From: a virus | Lineage: Duplodnaviria; Caudoviricetes | Length of the DNA: 64,000 nt | Virus record (IMG/VR): IMGVR_UViG_2615840593_000003 | Location: 64,001 to 128,000 of that record | Reading direction: 5' to 3' (one strand) | In this document: positions 27,461 to 37,774 of the stretch, piece after piece | How the letters are laid out: each line of letters begins with the position of its first letter | How positions within the stretch are numbered: position 1 is the first letter of the stretch | The notes under the pieces: generated by a model | What the model saw: only the letters and a program-made list of their open reading frames with translations | Databases searched by the model: none | Told to the model about the DNA's origin: nothing | Translations under genes and position numbers: made by a program

Positions 27461-29209
27461 ATGAATGTAAATCTATGGTTTGCAAGAGATAATCATGGTG
27501 AGATTGCAACAATTTTGAATTCAAATATTGAAAATACATATACATGTCCTATTTGTAATAGCGAAGTAATTCCAAAAGCATTACAGTCAAAACAAATCAC
27601 TCCGCACTTCGCACATATTGATAGAAATAAATGTACAGGCGAATCATTTGTACACTTTTGGATGAAGCATGGATTTATTGAACGTGGAGATACCTTTACG
27701 ATCATTTCAGATGATAAGCACACTTTCACATGCAAGGATTTTAAAACTGAGGTTACTTTTAACTTAGAATCCGGAGTGTATCGTCCTGATATTCTAGTAG
27801 AAACTGAATGTGGTAATGAAATTGTTTTTGAAATGGCTAATACTAATAAGAAGCAAGTTAAAGATTATATTGATCGTTGGATCGAGTTAGATAAGATTAT
27901 TGTTGAAGTAGATGTTCCTACTTTGACTGGTCAAAATGAAGTAAAAGAATTTAAAGCCTTGTACTATAAAGGTAAATGTTTCAACTTTAATAAACGTGAT
28001 GGTGGTTATTACAATACAATAGGTAAGTTGAAAGAGGAAATGATTAGAAGTAACAAGTACGATATTGAAAAGGTTAAGAAGTTGGACTGGTTTTGGGACA
28101 CTGTAATAGATTATCGAACAGGAAAATTAAATATCATTGATTTAACAACTTGTATCGATGAAATACTATCTAATGATACTGAATCTGAATTAAGAGAGCT
28201 TTCTAGAGAATTTCTAATAAGTAAAAAGTGTTCTAATATATTCACTGACTACCTTAAATATAAAGCTTCAAAAATAAAAGAAGAAGTTATGAATGGCGTA
28301 GTTATCCCTGGGTATATGAGAGATTTTATAGAAGTGACTGAAAATGCTTATTTTAATAAGTATAATCAAAGCTATTCAGTGGCAGTAAAAGATAACTACA
28401 ATTTCTTTAATGAAACATTTTATAAATATGAGGTGAATTCTGCTAGAGAAAAACTAATAAAAGCCATTGATTCAAATATAGATAATCCTGAAATATTGTT
28501 ATATAGAAAAATACAAATAAATAAAGATTTGATTCAAAATGCTATTGAACAAGCTAAAATTGAAATAAACAATGATAAGGTAGAATTAAGTTTAAGTGAA
28601 TCATTATCTAAATTTAATCTAAACAGAATTATTATGAAATACAAAGGTTGTTATATACAACAGTATATAGAGATTACAGAAGATGTAGCTGAAAGCAGTG
28701 ATTTAAATTATATAGTTAGTTTTATTATTAACCAATTCAAAAAGTATGAATGTTTATTAAAGGATAGTAATGATTATGAATATATTGAAAAAATTCTGAG
28801 TTTGAATTTTAGAGTAAGTGATAGTTATATTGTATCCAATAAGATAACTCCTAATCTATTCAATATACACAGTATTAATTCTAAGGCACGTATAGATCTA
28901 TTAATTTATGATGGAAATGTGTACCTAGATAAGAAACCAAATGAATACTCTTATAGTAATTTTGAAAAACAATTAAGTAGAATGGATTTACATAATCCGA
29001 TAATTCGTAAAGTTGAATGTGAGAACCTAACGGATAAAATAAAGAGTTACATAGAATATAAATTGCACCACTTCAAAATGTGTAAGGACTGTTATATGGA
29101 GTTTGAAATATGTGAAAGTGAAATGGATTTCTTTAATAAGAACGGACTTCAATTACCGAAGAGATGTAAGTCATGTCGCAATAAACGTAAACTAGGAGGA
29201 GTAAAATGA
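27461..29209 (+). CDS. CoiA-like nuclease-domain protein with C-terminal zinc ribbon
   Basis: YTCPIC...PHFAH...ESFVH, YRPDILV..IVFEM (PD-(D/E)XK-like); C-terminal CKDC...FF...PKRCKSCR. Confidence 0.7.
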   Translation: MNVNLWFARDNHGEIATILNSNIENTYTCPICNSEVIPKALQSKQITPHFAHIDRNKCTGESFVHFWMKHGFIERGDTFTIISDDKHTFTCKDFKTEVTFNLESGVYRPDILVETECGNEIVFEMANTNKKQVKDYIDRWIELDKIIVEVDVPTLTGQNEVKEFKALYYKGKCFNFNKRDGGYYNTIGKLKEEMIRSNKYDIEKVKKLDWFWDTVIDYRTGKLNIIDLTTCIDEILSNDTESELRELSREFLISKKCSNIFTDYLKYKASKIKEEVMNGVVIPGYMRDFIEVTENAYFNKYNQSYSVAVKDNYNFFNETFYKYEVNSAREKLIKAIDSNIDNPEILLYRKIQINKDLIQNAIEQAKIEINNDKVELSLSESLSKFNLNRIIMKYKGCYIQQYIEITEDVAESSDLNYIVSFIINQFKKYECLLKDSNDYEYIEKILSLNFRVSDSYIVSNKITPNLFNIHSINSKARIDLLIYDGNVYLDKKPNEYSYSNFEKQLSRMDLHNPIIRKVECENLTDKIKSYIEYKLHHFKMCKDCYMEFEICESEMDFFNKNGLQLPKRCKSCRNKRKLGGVK

Positions 29210-31959
29210 TTAAACTGCAACAATATTATGTTTTCAAACTAACTACCTCTAGACTTGCAGAATTTGATTATGATATTAAAGATTTAACTGTCTCCCATGC
29301 TAGATTAAATGGAGAGCTAGTACAGATCGGTGATAACCAAGTGTTTAGGATGATTCGCAAGATAAAAAATACTAAAACAGAATTTGAATCATTAAATTTA
29401 GCAATCAATGAGCGTAACGATCTTAAGAAGTTAGATTCAAATGATGAAAACTCTATAAAAATAGCACAGAAACAAAAAAACATAGATGACATCTTATTTG
29501 TTCCAGACATTATCAATATTAAAGTTGATGATAAAAAAGTTTATAAAAAGATATTCAAAGAAGGATTCACTGTAAATGGTATCACTTTTAAACGTTTTTG
29601 TAGTGGTGCAGGACAATCGAGACAATCTGTAGCGTCATTCTGTAATATTGACATTATAGAAGAATTAACAAGACGCTTGAATTGTGGATTAAGCATTAAA
29701 GAAATTAACGTTGCAAAGTATAATGCTTACTTCGGGTTATATATGTCTGCTACATACCCTGTTCGAACTCCCAATGTATGCGTCATTCCTGATTATGAGG
29801 ACGAAGAGTTAGTTAAAAAGGTTGATTGGATTGATGATGTAGAAATTGACGGTAAAGATAAGCGTATTGTGTATGAGAAAGATGATTTTATATTTAAGCC
29901 TAATATGTGGGATGGACAAGGATTGGTTTCCCCTACTTTTGCAGAAAAATGGCAAGAGGATTTAAAACTTGAATATCTCCCTTCTCAATTTGTAGTTCGT
30001 AGTAGCTTCGTTAAAGGTGCGTTAGCTGTTTTCGATTTTCATAAGTTTGCACAGGAAGAAGCTAAAACAAATAAAATTAAAGATATTTATGGAGATGAGT
30101 GGGATATTGATGATATAGATGTAATACTCTCTGCCTCTCAGTTCAAAATGAATAAATTTTACTCGTCATGGGAGCAGTTTTTACAACTTCAAGAACATCA
30201 TGGTTTAACTTGGGGAGTTACTAAGGTCAATCCTAAAGCAGATAATGAAGTTAGTTTGCTGAATTACCAATACATGCAATCATTAAATCTAGATAAAGAA
30301 AAAATTCAACAGCTTATCTCCCCTACTGTTGATTGGATTGAAAAGATTTGCCGAGGAGATAAACTTTACACTTTGTTATTCTTACTAGGATCGTCTAATA
30401 AAACAGATACAATTGAAGCCATTTTTAATAAAACAAATAATAACTATGTAAAAGCTATCTTATATAATGACAAATTACTGAATGATCCTTTTATAAAGAA
30501 GAAAATTTATGACAATATCTCAACGAAAATCGATGAAGCTAAGATTGGTCGCATTTGGGTGAATGGGAACTATCAATTCATGATTAGTGACCCTTATGCA
30601 CAAGCTCAATTTGCATTTGGAATGAAAGTTACTGGTCTACTGAATGAATTTGAACATTATTCACATTTCTGGAACGAACTCGAAGTTAATAAAGTAGATG
30701 CCTTGCGTAGCCCATTAGTTGATTTCCATGAGCATAATATGTTGAATCTAGTTGACAATGAAAAAGTAAATGAATGGTTTAAATATCAACCATCAGGAAT
30801 AATTTATAATGTGTGGGGTGTTGACACAATACGTCACTCGGATTCTGATTATGATGGGGATATCGTTTTTACTACAAATAACGAAATTGTGATGGATAAT
30901 ATTGTACCGAATTTAAATGTCATTACTTATGATAAAGCAAGTGCAAAACCACAAAGATTAAATCCGACTAATATTCTGGCAACAGATTTACGTAGCTTTA
31001 ACTCAAAGATAGGTACAATCACTAACTACTCTACTACTTTTATCTCTATGCTTGCTAATTTTAAAGAGAATTCAGATGAATATAAAGAAATACTGAATCG
31101 CATTAAATTGCTACGTCGTTATATTGGTGATTCAATAGATCAAGCAAAAGGAATTAAAACTAAGCCATTCCCTACTGAATGGAAAAAACGTAAATTCGTT
31201 GATAAGGATGATAGCGATGAGGTTAAGCAACAAAAATATTATCACAACAGATTGGTTGCTAATAAGAAACCTTACTTTATGATCTATATTTATGAAAAAT
31301 TAAGAACTGAATATAGAGAACATCGGAGTAAAACTGATCGCACATGTAAAGAGAAATTTGGTTGTAATCTACATCAGCTAATGAACAAGCAAGATAAAAC
31401 CAAAGATGAATCATATTATCTATATAGTTACTATCGTGACATGCCTGTGATTAAGAATGATTCTGTGATGAATATGCTGTGCAAAATGATCGAAGAAATT
31501 GACTTCAATTATAAACGAGTTAAAAATGATGAAAATGTAAATGAAATATTTGATATTCTTTATGATTACGAAATTGGTATTGATGAAGAAAGATTGGAAA
31601 AATTAATTAAATTACGTTCAAAATTCAATAATAAGCGCAACTTCAAATTCAAATCTAATGCTATTGAGAACGTTTCAGAAAATAATTCAGATGAATTAAT
31701 TAATGAATTTTATAATGAAATACGTACTGAAGCATATGAAATTTGCTCAAATATGAAAGAACTAGCAAATCATTTAATTTACATAACTTATAAGCTATAC
31801 CCTAAAGACTCTAAAAATTTCGCATGGCATATTGCAACTGAAGGCATTTTAGAAATACTTGAATCCAAATCAGACATGAATATCGAATTACCAATGAAAG
31901 ATAAAGAAGGAGTTGAGTATTTAGGTAATAGATATTCGTTAAGGAGTGTTGTTGTTTGA
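29206..31959 (+). CDS. yonO: YonO-type single-subunit double-psi-beta-barrel RNA polymerase
   Basis: 917 aa; WDGQG, RSP and catalytic DSDYDGD (DxDGD) motifs; position at head of late module. Confidence 0.92.
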   Translation: MIKLQQYYVFKLTTSRLAEFDYDIKDLTVSHARLNGELVQIGDNQVFRMIRKIKNTKTEFESLNLAINERNDLKKLDSNDENSIKIAQKQKNIDDILFVPDIINIKVDDKKVYKKIFKEGFTVNGITFKRFCSGAGQSRQSVASFCNIDIIEELTRRLNCGLSIKEINVAKYNAYFGLYMSATYPVRTPNVCVIPDYEDEELVKKVDWIDDVEIDGKDKRIVYEKDDFIFKPNMWDGQGLVSPTFAEKWQEDLKLEYLPSQFVVRSSFVKGALAVFDFHKFAQEEAKTNKIKDIYGDEWDIDDIDVILSASQFKMNKFYSSWEQFLQLQEHHGLTWGVTKVNPKADNEVSLLNYQYMQSLNLDKEKIQQLISPTVDWIEKICRGDKLYTLLFLLGSSNKTDTIEAIFNKTNNNYVKAILYNDKLLNDPFIKKKIYDNISTKIDEAKIGRIWVNGNYQFMISDPYAQAQFAFGMKVTGLLNEFEHYSHFWNELEVNKVDALRSPLVDFHEHNMLNLVDNEKVNEWFKYQPSGIIYNVWGVDTIRHSDSDYDGDIVFTTNNEIVMDNIVPNLNVITYDKASAKPQRLNPTNILATDLRSFNSKIGTITNYSTTFISMLANFKENSDEYKEILNRIKLLRRYIGDSIDQAKGIKTKPFPTEWKKRKFVDKDDSDEVKQQKYYHNRLVANKKPYFMIYIYEKLRTEYREHRSKTDRTCKEKFGCNLHQLMNKQDKTKDESYYLYSYYRDMPVIKNDSVMNMLCKMIEEIDFNYKRVKNDENVNEIFDILYDYEIGIDEERLEKLIKLRSKFNNKRNFKFKSNAIENVSENNSDELINEFYNEIRTEAYEICSNMKELANHLIYITYKLYPKDSKNFAWHIATEGILEILESKSDMNIELPMKDKEGVEYLGNRYSLRSVVV

Positions 31960-32714
31960 TTATTTTTGATGAAAAGAGATACGCTGAAGCATTGCTTAAA
32001 AATGGTTTTGCGACAAAGAATAAAAATGTGTATGAGTTAAATATTCTAGCAAAGTATCTATTTTACAAAGGCTTTAAAGAAGATATTGTGAAGCAAAGAT
32101 TGATTAAATTCTGTGAAAAACACCTCGAACACTTCAATATTGATGAATGGTATAAAGTGATTAACACCACTGTATCTTATGCTAAGAATGGAAATTTGAA
32201 GACTGATAAAGAAGTCAATATTACTGAAAAAGAATTAGAAATAATAAAAGATTTAGATACTTTACGTGAGCAAAAATTAACCTTTGTCATGTTAGTGCTG
32301 TACAAATTTTATAATTATAACAAATTCACAGTAAGTCTAGAAGATTTATTTACTTTGAGTGAACTTACAACGATAAATTCTAAAACAAGACTACAGTTGT
32401 TACATAAGCTTACATCTAAAGGTTTAATTGATATTAATATGAAAGGAAGAAGATGGGTTAAATTCGCTGAAAAGAAAAGTGACCCAATGATTACCATAAA
32501 AACTTTTGAAAATTTCATATGGGAGTACTTATTTTATATTGGTGAAGGTAAGTATAAAAGATGCGAAGAGTGCAATTTGAATTTAGTTAAGATGAATATT
32601 CACAATCATTCATATTGTGAATATTGCCGAATAGAAATTAAAAAAATAAGAGATAGACTTTATCAAAAAGAACGATATAATTCTCGTAAAGCAAGTAAAC
32701 ATTCAAAGCCTTGA
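31956..32714 (+). CDS. Protein coupled to YonO, C-terminal zinc finger
   Basis: Overlapping stop/start; CEEC...YCEYC. Confidence 0.75.
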   Translation: MIIFDEKRYAEALLKNGFATKNKNVYELNILAKYLFYKGFKEDIVKQRLIKFCEKHLEHFNIDEWYKVINTTVSYAKNGNLKTDKEVNITEKELEIIKDLDTLREQKLTFVMLVLYKFYNYNKFTVSLEDLFTLSELTTINSKTRLQLLHKLTSKGLIDINMKGRRWVKFAEKKSDPMITIKTFENFIWEYLFYIGEGKYKRCEECNLNLVKMNIHNHSYCEYCRIEIKKIRDRLYQKERYNSRKASKHSKP

Positions 32715-32847
32715 TAATATTGGTTTTTGTTGGTAATGAGTCTGAATACATATATGATAGAAAGAATAATAAAGACTATTTAACAAATTTTTTAATCTAA
32801 TAAATACATAAACTAACTTTAAGTGGAGAAAAGGAGAAAATTAAATT

Positions 32848-33198
32848 ATGACAGTAAAAATTAACACTCAAGAATTAGGTAAAGATTTACAAGAAATTTT
32901 AGAAACAAAAGGAATCGTTATTAAAGCTAAAGAAGGTAAAGAAATTGTAGATGAATTTGTAGATGCAATTTTCGAACGAGTAAACAAAGGCGAAACTGTA
33001 AAATTAGGAGCATATGCTGACTTAGTTCCTAAAACTCGATCAGCTCGTAAAGGTCATAACCCTAAATTGCTTAAAGATTTAAAAGATCAAGGTGTACCAG
33101 AAGTAGAAGCTAAAAAACAAGCTGAAATTGACATTGCTGAAAAACGTGCTGTAGGTTTAAAATCTCATAAGAAATTAAATGACTTATTAGAAGGTTAA
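32848..33198 (+). CDS. HU/IHF-family DNA-binding protein with extended arm
   Basis: GETVKL....RSARKGHNPK...IDIAEKR. Confidence 0.88.
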   Translation: MTVKINTQELGKDLQEILETKGIVIKAKEGKEIVDEFVDAIFERVNKGETVKLGAYADLVPKTRSARKGHNPKLLKDLKDQGVPEVEAKKQAEIDIAEKRAVGLKSHKKLNDLLEG

Positions 33199-33395
33199 TT
33201 TTAATACATAGCGAATTAATACAGACGTTTTAAATACAAAATGGAGTTAGTGGTAGGGTTATCCCCTACTCTTCTCTATTAATTAAATTTTAATTAAATA
33301 ATCCTATCTGTAAAATCAGAACAATTAGTTCCTTAAAATTTTGCAGATAGGATTATTTTTGTACTTTTACTATACGGAGAAAAGGATGATGAAAT

Positions 33396-33593
33396 ATGGC
33401 TAAAATAAAAAAGAACTATGAATATAAAAACGCAGAAGTGAATTTAGAAGAAGGTTTGATCTATGAATATGGTAAAACTGATGATGATTTAAAAACTCAT
33501 TCATTAAATGAAGTTTTAAAAGAATTGGCTTCTTGTGGGCGTACTGATTTTTCTGTTAATACAACTACTACTCCTACACCAATTGAAGAGTAA
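33396..33593 (+). CDS. yonK: YonK-like protein
   Basis: 65 aa, EGLIYEYGK...HSLNEVLK; syntenic after HU. Confidence 0.7.
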   Translation: MAKIKKNYEYKNAEVNLEEGLIYEYGKTDDDLKTHSLNEVLKELASCGRTDFSVNTTTTPTPIEE

Positions 33594-33604
33594 GGAGTGA
33601 TTGA

Positions 33605-34822
33605 ATGACTTCTTATGATTTAAAACGTAAAAATACAGAATCACTCGACGATTACCACGTGCGTTTATTTGAAGATATACCAATACATGAATTAGGTTCG
33701 GATGAATTGGCTGAAATACTTAATAAAGAGTATGGTGTTAACTATTCTGAATCTAAATGGCGCAAGGATTATGCTCAATATGCAAAATGGAAAGATTATA
33801 TCCTATCCAAACATGTAGATGATTCAGAATTAGATAAGCTTACCGTTAAAAAGCTAGAATTACAAAAAGAACGCAATAAATTGTCTTCAGAGAAAAATGA
33901 GTTGAATAAATGGATACGTGAACAAGCTCGTGCTGAGAACGTGTATGAGAAAATTGAACAAGCAATTACAAACCTCTCCACTATTCAAGTACCTGAGATT
34001 CAAATCAAAGAATACAACAGTAAACGTACAGCTATTATTGATATTGCCGATGCTCATGTAGGTAGTCAATGGAAGATTACAGGATTTAATAATGAAGTTA
34101 TTTCAGAATACAGTATAGAAATATTTAAACGTCGTATGTGGGAACTGTTAGAAAGTACAATTGCAATTATTGATAAAGAAAAATTGACTAACGTTACCGT
34201 ATTAAACTTATCAGATTCGATTGACGGATTAATACATATGAATCAATTGCAGTATCAGCAATTAGGGGTAGCAGATCAAGTAATGTTCTTTGCTGAATTT
34301 ATGAGTGAATGGCTAAACGCCTTGTCTGAATACGTGACAATTGAATATCGTTCAGTGTTAGGAAATCACTCTGAAAATAGATATTTAAATAGTTCTCGTG
34401 GAGAACTTCCTCAAGAAAATATGGAACGTTTAATGGTATGGTATTTGAAGACAAGATTGCATGAAAATAAAAGAATTACAGTACATGATGCTAATAATAT
34501 CATCTACTTTGACGTTTTAGGCACTAAATTACTTTGTACACATGGTCAAGATGAGAAAAATTTAGAGTCATCAATTAAAGATTATATGATGATTTATGAT
34601 GTGAAAGTGCATATGTTGAAGACTGGACATCTACATCATTTACATAATAAAGTAATTGGTGTGGACGGATTACAGAATATTGAACATGTACAATCCCCTG
34701 CTATCTGTGGATTTAATTCATATAGTCTAAAACTTAAAAAGACAGCTAATGCAGGTACACTAATTACCATTTTTGAAGAAGGTTACGGTAAAAGTAATAC
34801 ATATGATATTCGATTTAAATAG
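33605..34822 (+). CDS. Metallophosphoesterase-fold protein (YonJ-like)
   Basis: DAHVG, SDSIDG, GNH, THG, GHLHH motifs. Confidence 0.82.
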   Translation: MTSYDLKRKNTESLDDYHVRLFEDIPIHELGSDELAEILNKEYGVNYSESKWRKDYAQYAKWKDYILSKHVDDSELDKLTVKKLELQKERNKLSSEKNELNKWIREQARAENVYEKIEQAITNLSTIQVPEIQIKEYNSKRTAIIDIADAHVGSQWKITGFNNEVISEYSIEIFKRRMWELLESTIAIIDKEKLTNVTVLNLSDSIDGLIHMNQLQYQQLGVADQVMFFAEFMSEWLNALSEYVTIEYRSVLGNHSENRYLNSSRGELPQENMERLMVWYLKTRLHENKRITVHDANNIIYFDVLGTKLLCTHGQDEKNLESSIKDYMMIYDVKVHMLKTGHLHHLHNKVIGVDGLQNIEHVQSPAICGFNSYSLKLKKTANAGTLITIFEEGYGKSNTYDIRFK

Positions 34823-34977
34823 GTGGTACATATGAAAAGTTTAATATTTGAAATTAAATTTACTGCTTTTGTATACATACAGCAATTTAAAAATTTATTA
34901 AAACGGTTATTTTATTTAAATTAATACATAATTATACTTACATTTAAGGTAAGTTATTGGAATGAGGTGAATTATAT

Positions 34978-35979
34978 TTGTCTACTATTCTAGATAAGGA
35001 TAAATATAAAAACTGTTCCATGTGTGGAGATAATAAACGGCTCACTGACTATTATAAATCGTATAGCCCTATGGATAAAATTGATGAGCGTTTGCGTGTT
35101 TGTAAGAAATGCTTAAAAGATAATACAGACAATAATAATATTGACAGTGTAAAGAATACTCTTAGACAAGTAGATAAGCCATATAACATGCATTTATGGG
35201 AGTCTGCTTTAACAAAACCAGACGTTATTGGTGAGTATTTTAAGCTTATCAATGCTAAAGATTATAGGCATGATACATGGGAACAGAGCATTTTCGAAGA
35301 AGATTCATTGGTAAATGACAATAATTTAAATATCTCCATAGAAACGAAAAATACATTCATGAAATCCAAGTTCATTTTAACAGATGAAATAATGGATAAA
35401 TGGGGATACGGTTACACTGAAGAAGAATATCAAAATTTCGAAAAAAAATATGATAAATTAATTCGAAATTACGGTGAGAAAACAGCACTACATACTGAAG
35501 GTTTACTTATCTATATTAGATTTCGTGTTAAAGAAGAAATGGCAACAGCTAAAGGTGACGTTAAAGAAGCTAAAGAATGGGGTCAATTGGCTCAAAAACA
35601 AGCTCTCGACGCTAAAATAAACGTTTCTCAATTGAGTAAAAGTGATATCAGTGGCGGAGTCGATGTTCTTTCACAATTATTTGAAGCAGTAGAAACTGAA
35701 GTCGGGGTAATACCACTTCTCCCTAAGATCACTGAACAACCTTATGATGATGCAGATTTAATCATTTGGTCTATTATCAATTATTATCGAAGACTAGAAG
35801 ACAAGCCAAAAGTTGCTTATAAAAATATTTATGATTTTTATGATGAAATGCTTTCAGAGCATTTTGCTACTCATGGATATACGGATATTGAAATAGAAGA
35901 ATTCAAAGCAAAAAGAAATAATGTCTTTCGGGATTTAGAGAACGTTTACAAAGAGCCATTATATGAAGGTGATGAATAA
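34978..35979 (+). CDS. Zinc-finger protein, probable terminase small subunit
   Basis: CSMC...CKKC; immediately upstream of terL. Confidence 0.6.
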   Translation: MSTILDKDKYKNCSMCGDNKRLTDYYKSYSPMDKIDERLRVCKKCLKDNTDNNNIDSVKNTLRQVDKPYNMHLWESALTKPDVIGEYFKLINAKDYRHDTWEQSIFEEDSLVNDNNLNISIETKNTFMKSKFILTDEIMDKWGYGYTEEEYQNFEKKYDKLIRNYGEKTALHTEGLLIYIRFRVKEEMATAKGDVKEAKEWGQLAQKQALDAKINVSQLSKSDISGGVDVLSQLFEAVETEVGVIPLLPKITEQPYDDADLIIWSIINYYRRLEDKPKVAYKNIYDFYDEMLSEHFATHGYTDIEIEEFKAKRNNVFRDLENVYKEPLYEGDE

Positions 35980-37742
35980 TGGTAAGCCACAAAAATTTTA
36001 CTTCTAAAAATAAAAAACATTCTAATGATAGGAATAATATCTATGAATCAGCATTTAATTCTCCTGTAAATCCTACTGATAATACTAATTTAATAACTAG
36101 AAACATCAGTAAATGGACTGAGTTTTGTGCATTTATTAGGTTTTACCCCGACATTTTTTACGATATGTTGAAGCCTGATACAGGTGGAATTGAATTAGAT
36201 CTATATCAACGTGTCATGATGAGAACTTTAAGTAGATTTCAAGAAAATTATTTTTGTATACCTCGTGGAGGCAGTAAAACGCTGACTCAAATTATGGTAG
36301 CATATCATACTGCTATATGTTTTCCTAACATTACATTAGCGATTACAGCGAGTACAAAAGAATCTGCTGTTAAAATATGGAAGGAAAAACACGACGAAAT
36401 ACTAAGATTTTACCCTTCAATTAAAGACGAAATTAGAACAGAGAACTTTTCCAAAGATAGTGGTCGAGTTATATTTCAAAATGGCGCAATAATTGATAAC
36501 TTAGCTAATGCTCAATCTTCAAAAGGTTTGCGTAGACGTAGAGGTAGTTTAGAAGAAAGTGCATTAATTGATAAAGATTTATATGAAGATGCAATTGAGC
36601 CAATTTTCAACGTACCTAGAACCACTATGACAGGAGATACTGACCCTACTGAATTGAATGGACAGATTAATAGATTTTCTACATCTGGATATAAAAATAG
36701 CGATGAGTACGAAAAGATTCTGAAAATGGTAAAAGATACAGGTGACTTAAAAGGCACATTTGTATTTGGTTCTGATTGGCGTATCCCTATTCATTTTGGT
36801 AGACAAAAGATGTCCACAATCAATAAAGCTAGACAAGGTAATGTAACACGATTCCGACAAAATTATTTGTGCGATTGGATCGGTGCGTCGTCAGGAGCGT
36901 TAATCAACATAAGTAAGCTAATTAAAGCCAGAACATTAACTATGCCTGAATTAGAGTGTCCTAAAGATAAGAAAGGTAATTTAGCGTTAGTCGAGTATGT
37001 ACTATCAGTAGATGTAGCCCGTTCATCGTCAGATTCAAACAATAAGAGTGCAATTGTAGTCTTGAAAATAATTAGAAATGCGAATGGTATTATTAGACAA
37101 ATTCACATAGTTAATATAATTACTCCACCTAATGGATTAAATTACAAGGAGCAAGCAACGATTGTGAAACAGACTTTTTATAAGTATGGTGGAAATTTAG
37201 ACTTGAATAAATCAAGAGTTAAAGCCGTAGTCATAGACGCAAACTCGATTGGTCAAGGTTTAGTTGAGGCTTTATTAGAGGATACTACTGATCCAGAGAC
37301 AAATGAAGAATTGGGATGTTGGGCTACTATCAATACAGAAGATAAATCAGATGTTCCTAATTCACCAGAAATAGTGTATGCATTAAAATCACAAGGTATA
37401 AATGGTGCGATCATTAGAACATTTATTGATAATGTAGAATCAAATAGACTTAAATTAGTGAAGCAGTTCAGTGATATTAAGGAACATTTAACTAAGGAAG
37501 ATGACGAAAATGAAGTAGAAGTTACTTCTACTCAAACTCAATTGTTTATTGATGAAGTGGCTAATCTAAGATTAAAAGAAACACAAACAACGATAACTGT
37601 GGAGCAAGTTGTGAAAAGGATTGATAAAGACCGCTATTCAGCTACAGCTTACGGTTTATACTATATTAGCTTATTCTTGGAAAAAGAAGAAGATAACGAA
37701 AGCTTTGAAGACTACCTTTTCTTTATGCAATCAGGTTTTTAA
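35979..37742 (+). CDS. terL: Terminase large subunit
   Basis: PRGGSKT Walker A, GLRR..LEE Walker B, SVDVAR and KDRYSA nuclease motifs. Confidence 0.92.
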   Translation: MVSHKNFTSKNKKHSNDRNNIYESAFNSPVNPTDNTNLITRNISKWTEFCAFIRFYPDIFYDMLKPDTGGIELDLYQRVMMRTLSRFQENYFCIPRGGSKTLTQIMVAYHTAICFPNITLAITASTKESAVKIWKEKHDEILRFYPSIKDEIRTENFSKDSGRVIFQNGAIIDNLANAQSSKGLRRRRGSLEESALIDKDLYEDAIEPIFNVPRTTMTGDTDPTELNGQINRFSTSGYKNSDEYEKILKMVKDTGDLKGTFVFGSDWRIPIHFGRQKMSTINKARQGNVTRFRQNYLCDWIGASSGALINISKLIKARTLTMPELECPKDKKGNLALVEYVLSVDVARSSSDSNNKSAIVVLKIIRNANGIIRQIHIVNIITPPNGLNYKEQATIVKQTFYKYGGNLDLNKSRVKAVVIDANSIGQGLVEALLEDTTDPETNEELGCWATINTEDKSDVPNSPEIVYALKSQGINGAIIRTFIDNVESNRLKLVKQFSDIKEHLTKEDDENEVEVTSTQTQLFIDEVANLRLKETQTTITVEQVVKRIDKDRYSATAYGLYYISLFLEKEEDNESFEDYLFFMQSGF

Positions 37743-37774
37743 ATTATTAAATACATAAAGAAAGGAGGAATAAG

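Noticed and set aside
29206-31959. Eukaryote-type RNA-dependent RNA polymerase
   Set aside because: Same fold and DxDGD motif, but context matches the DNA-dependent YonO family
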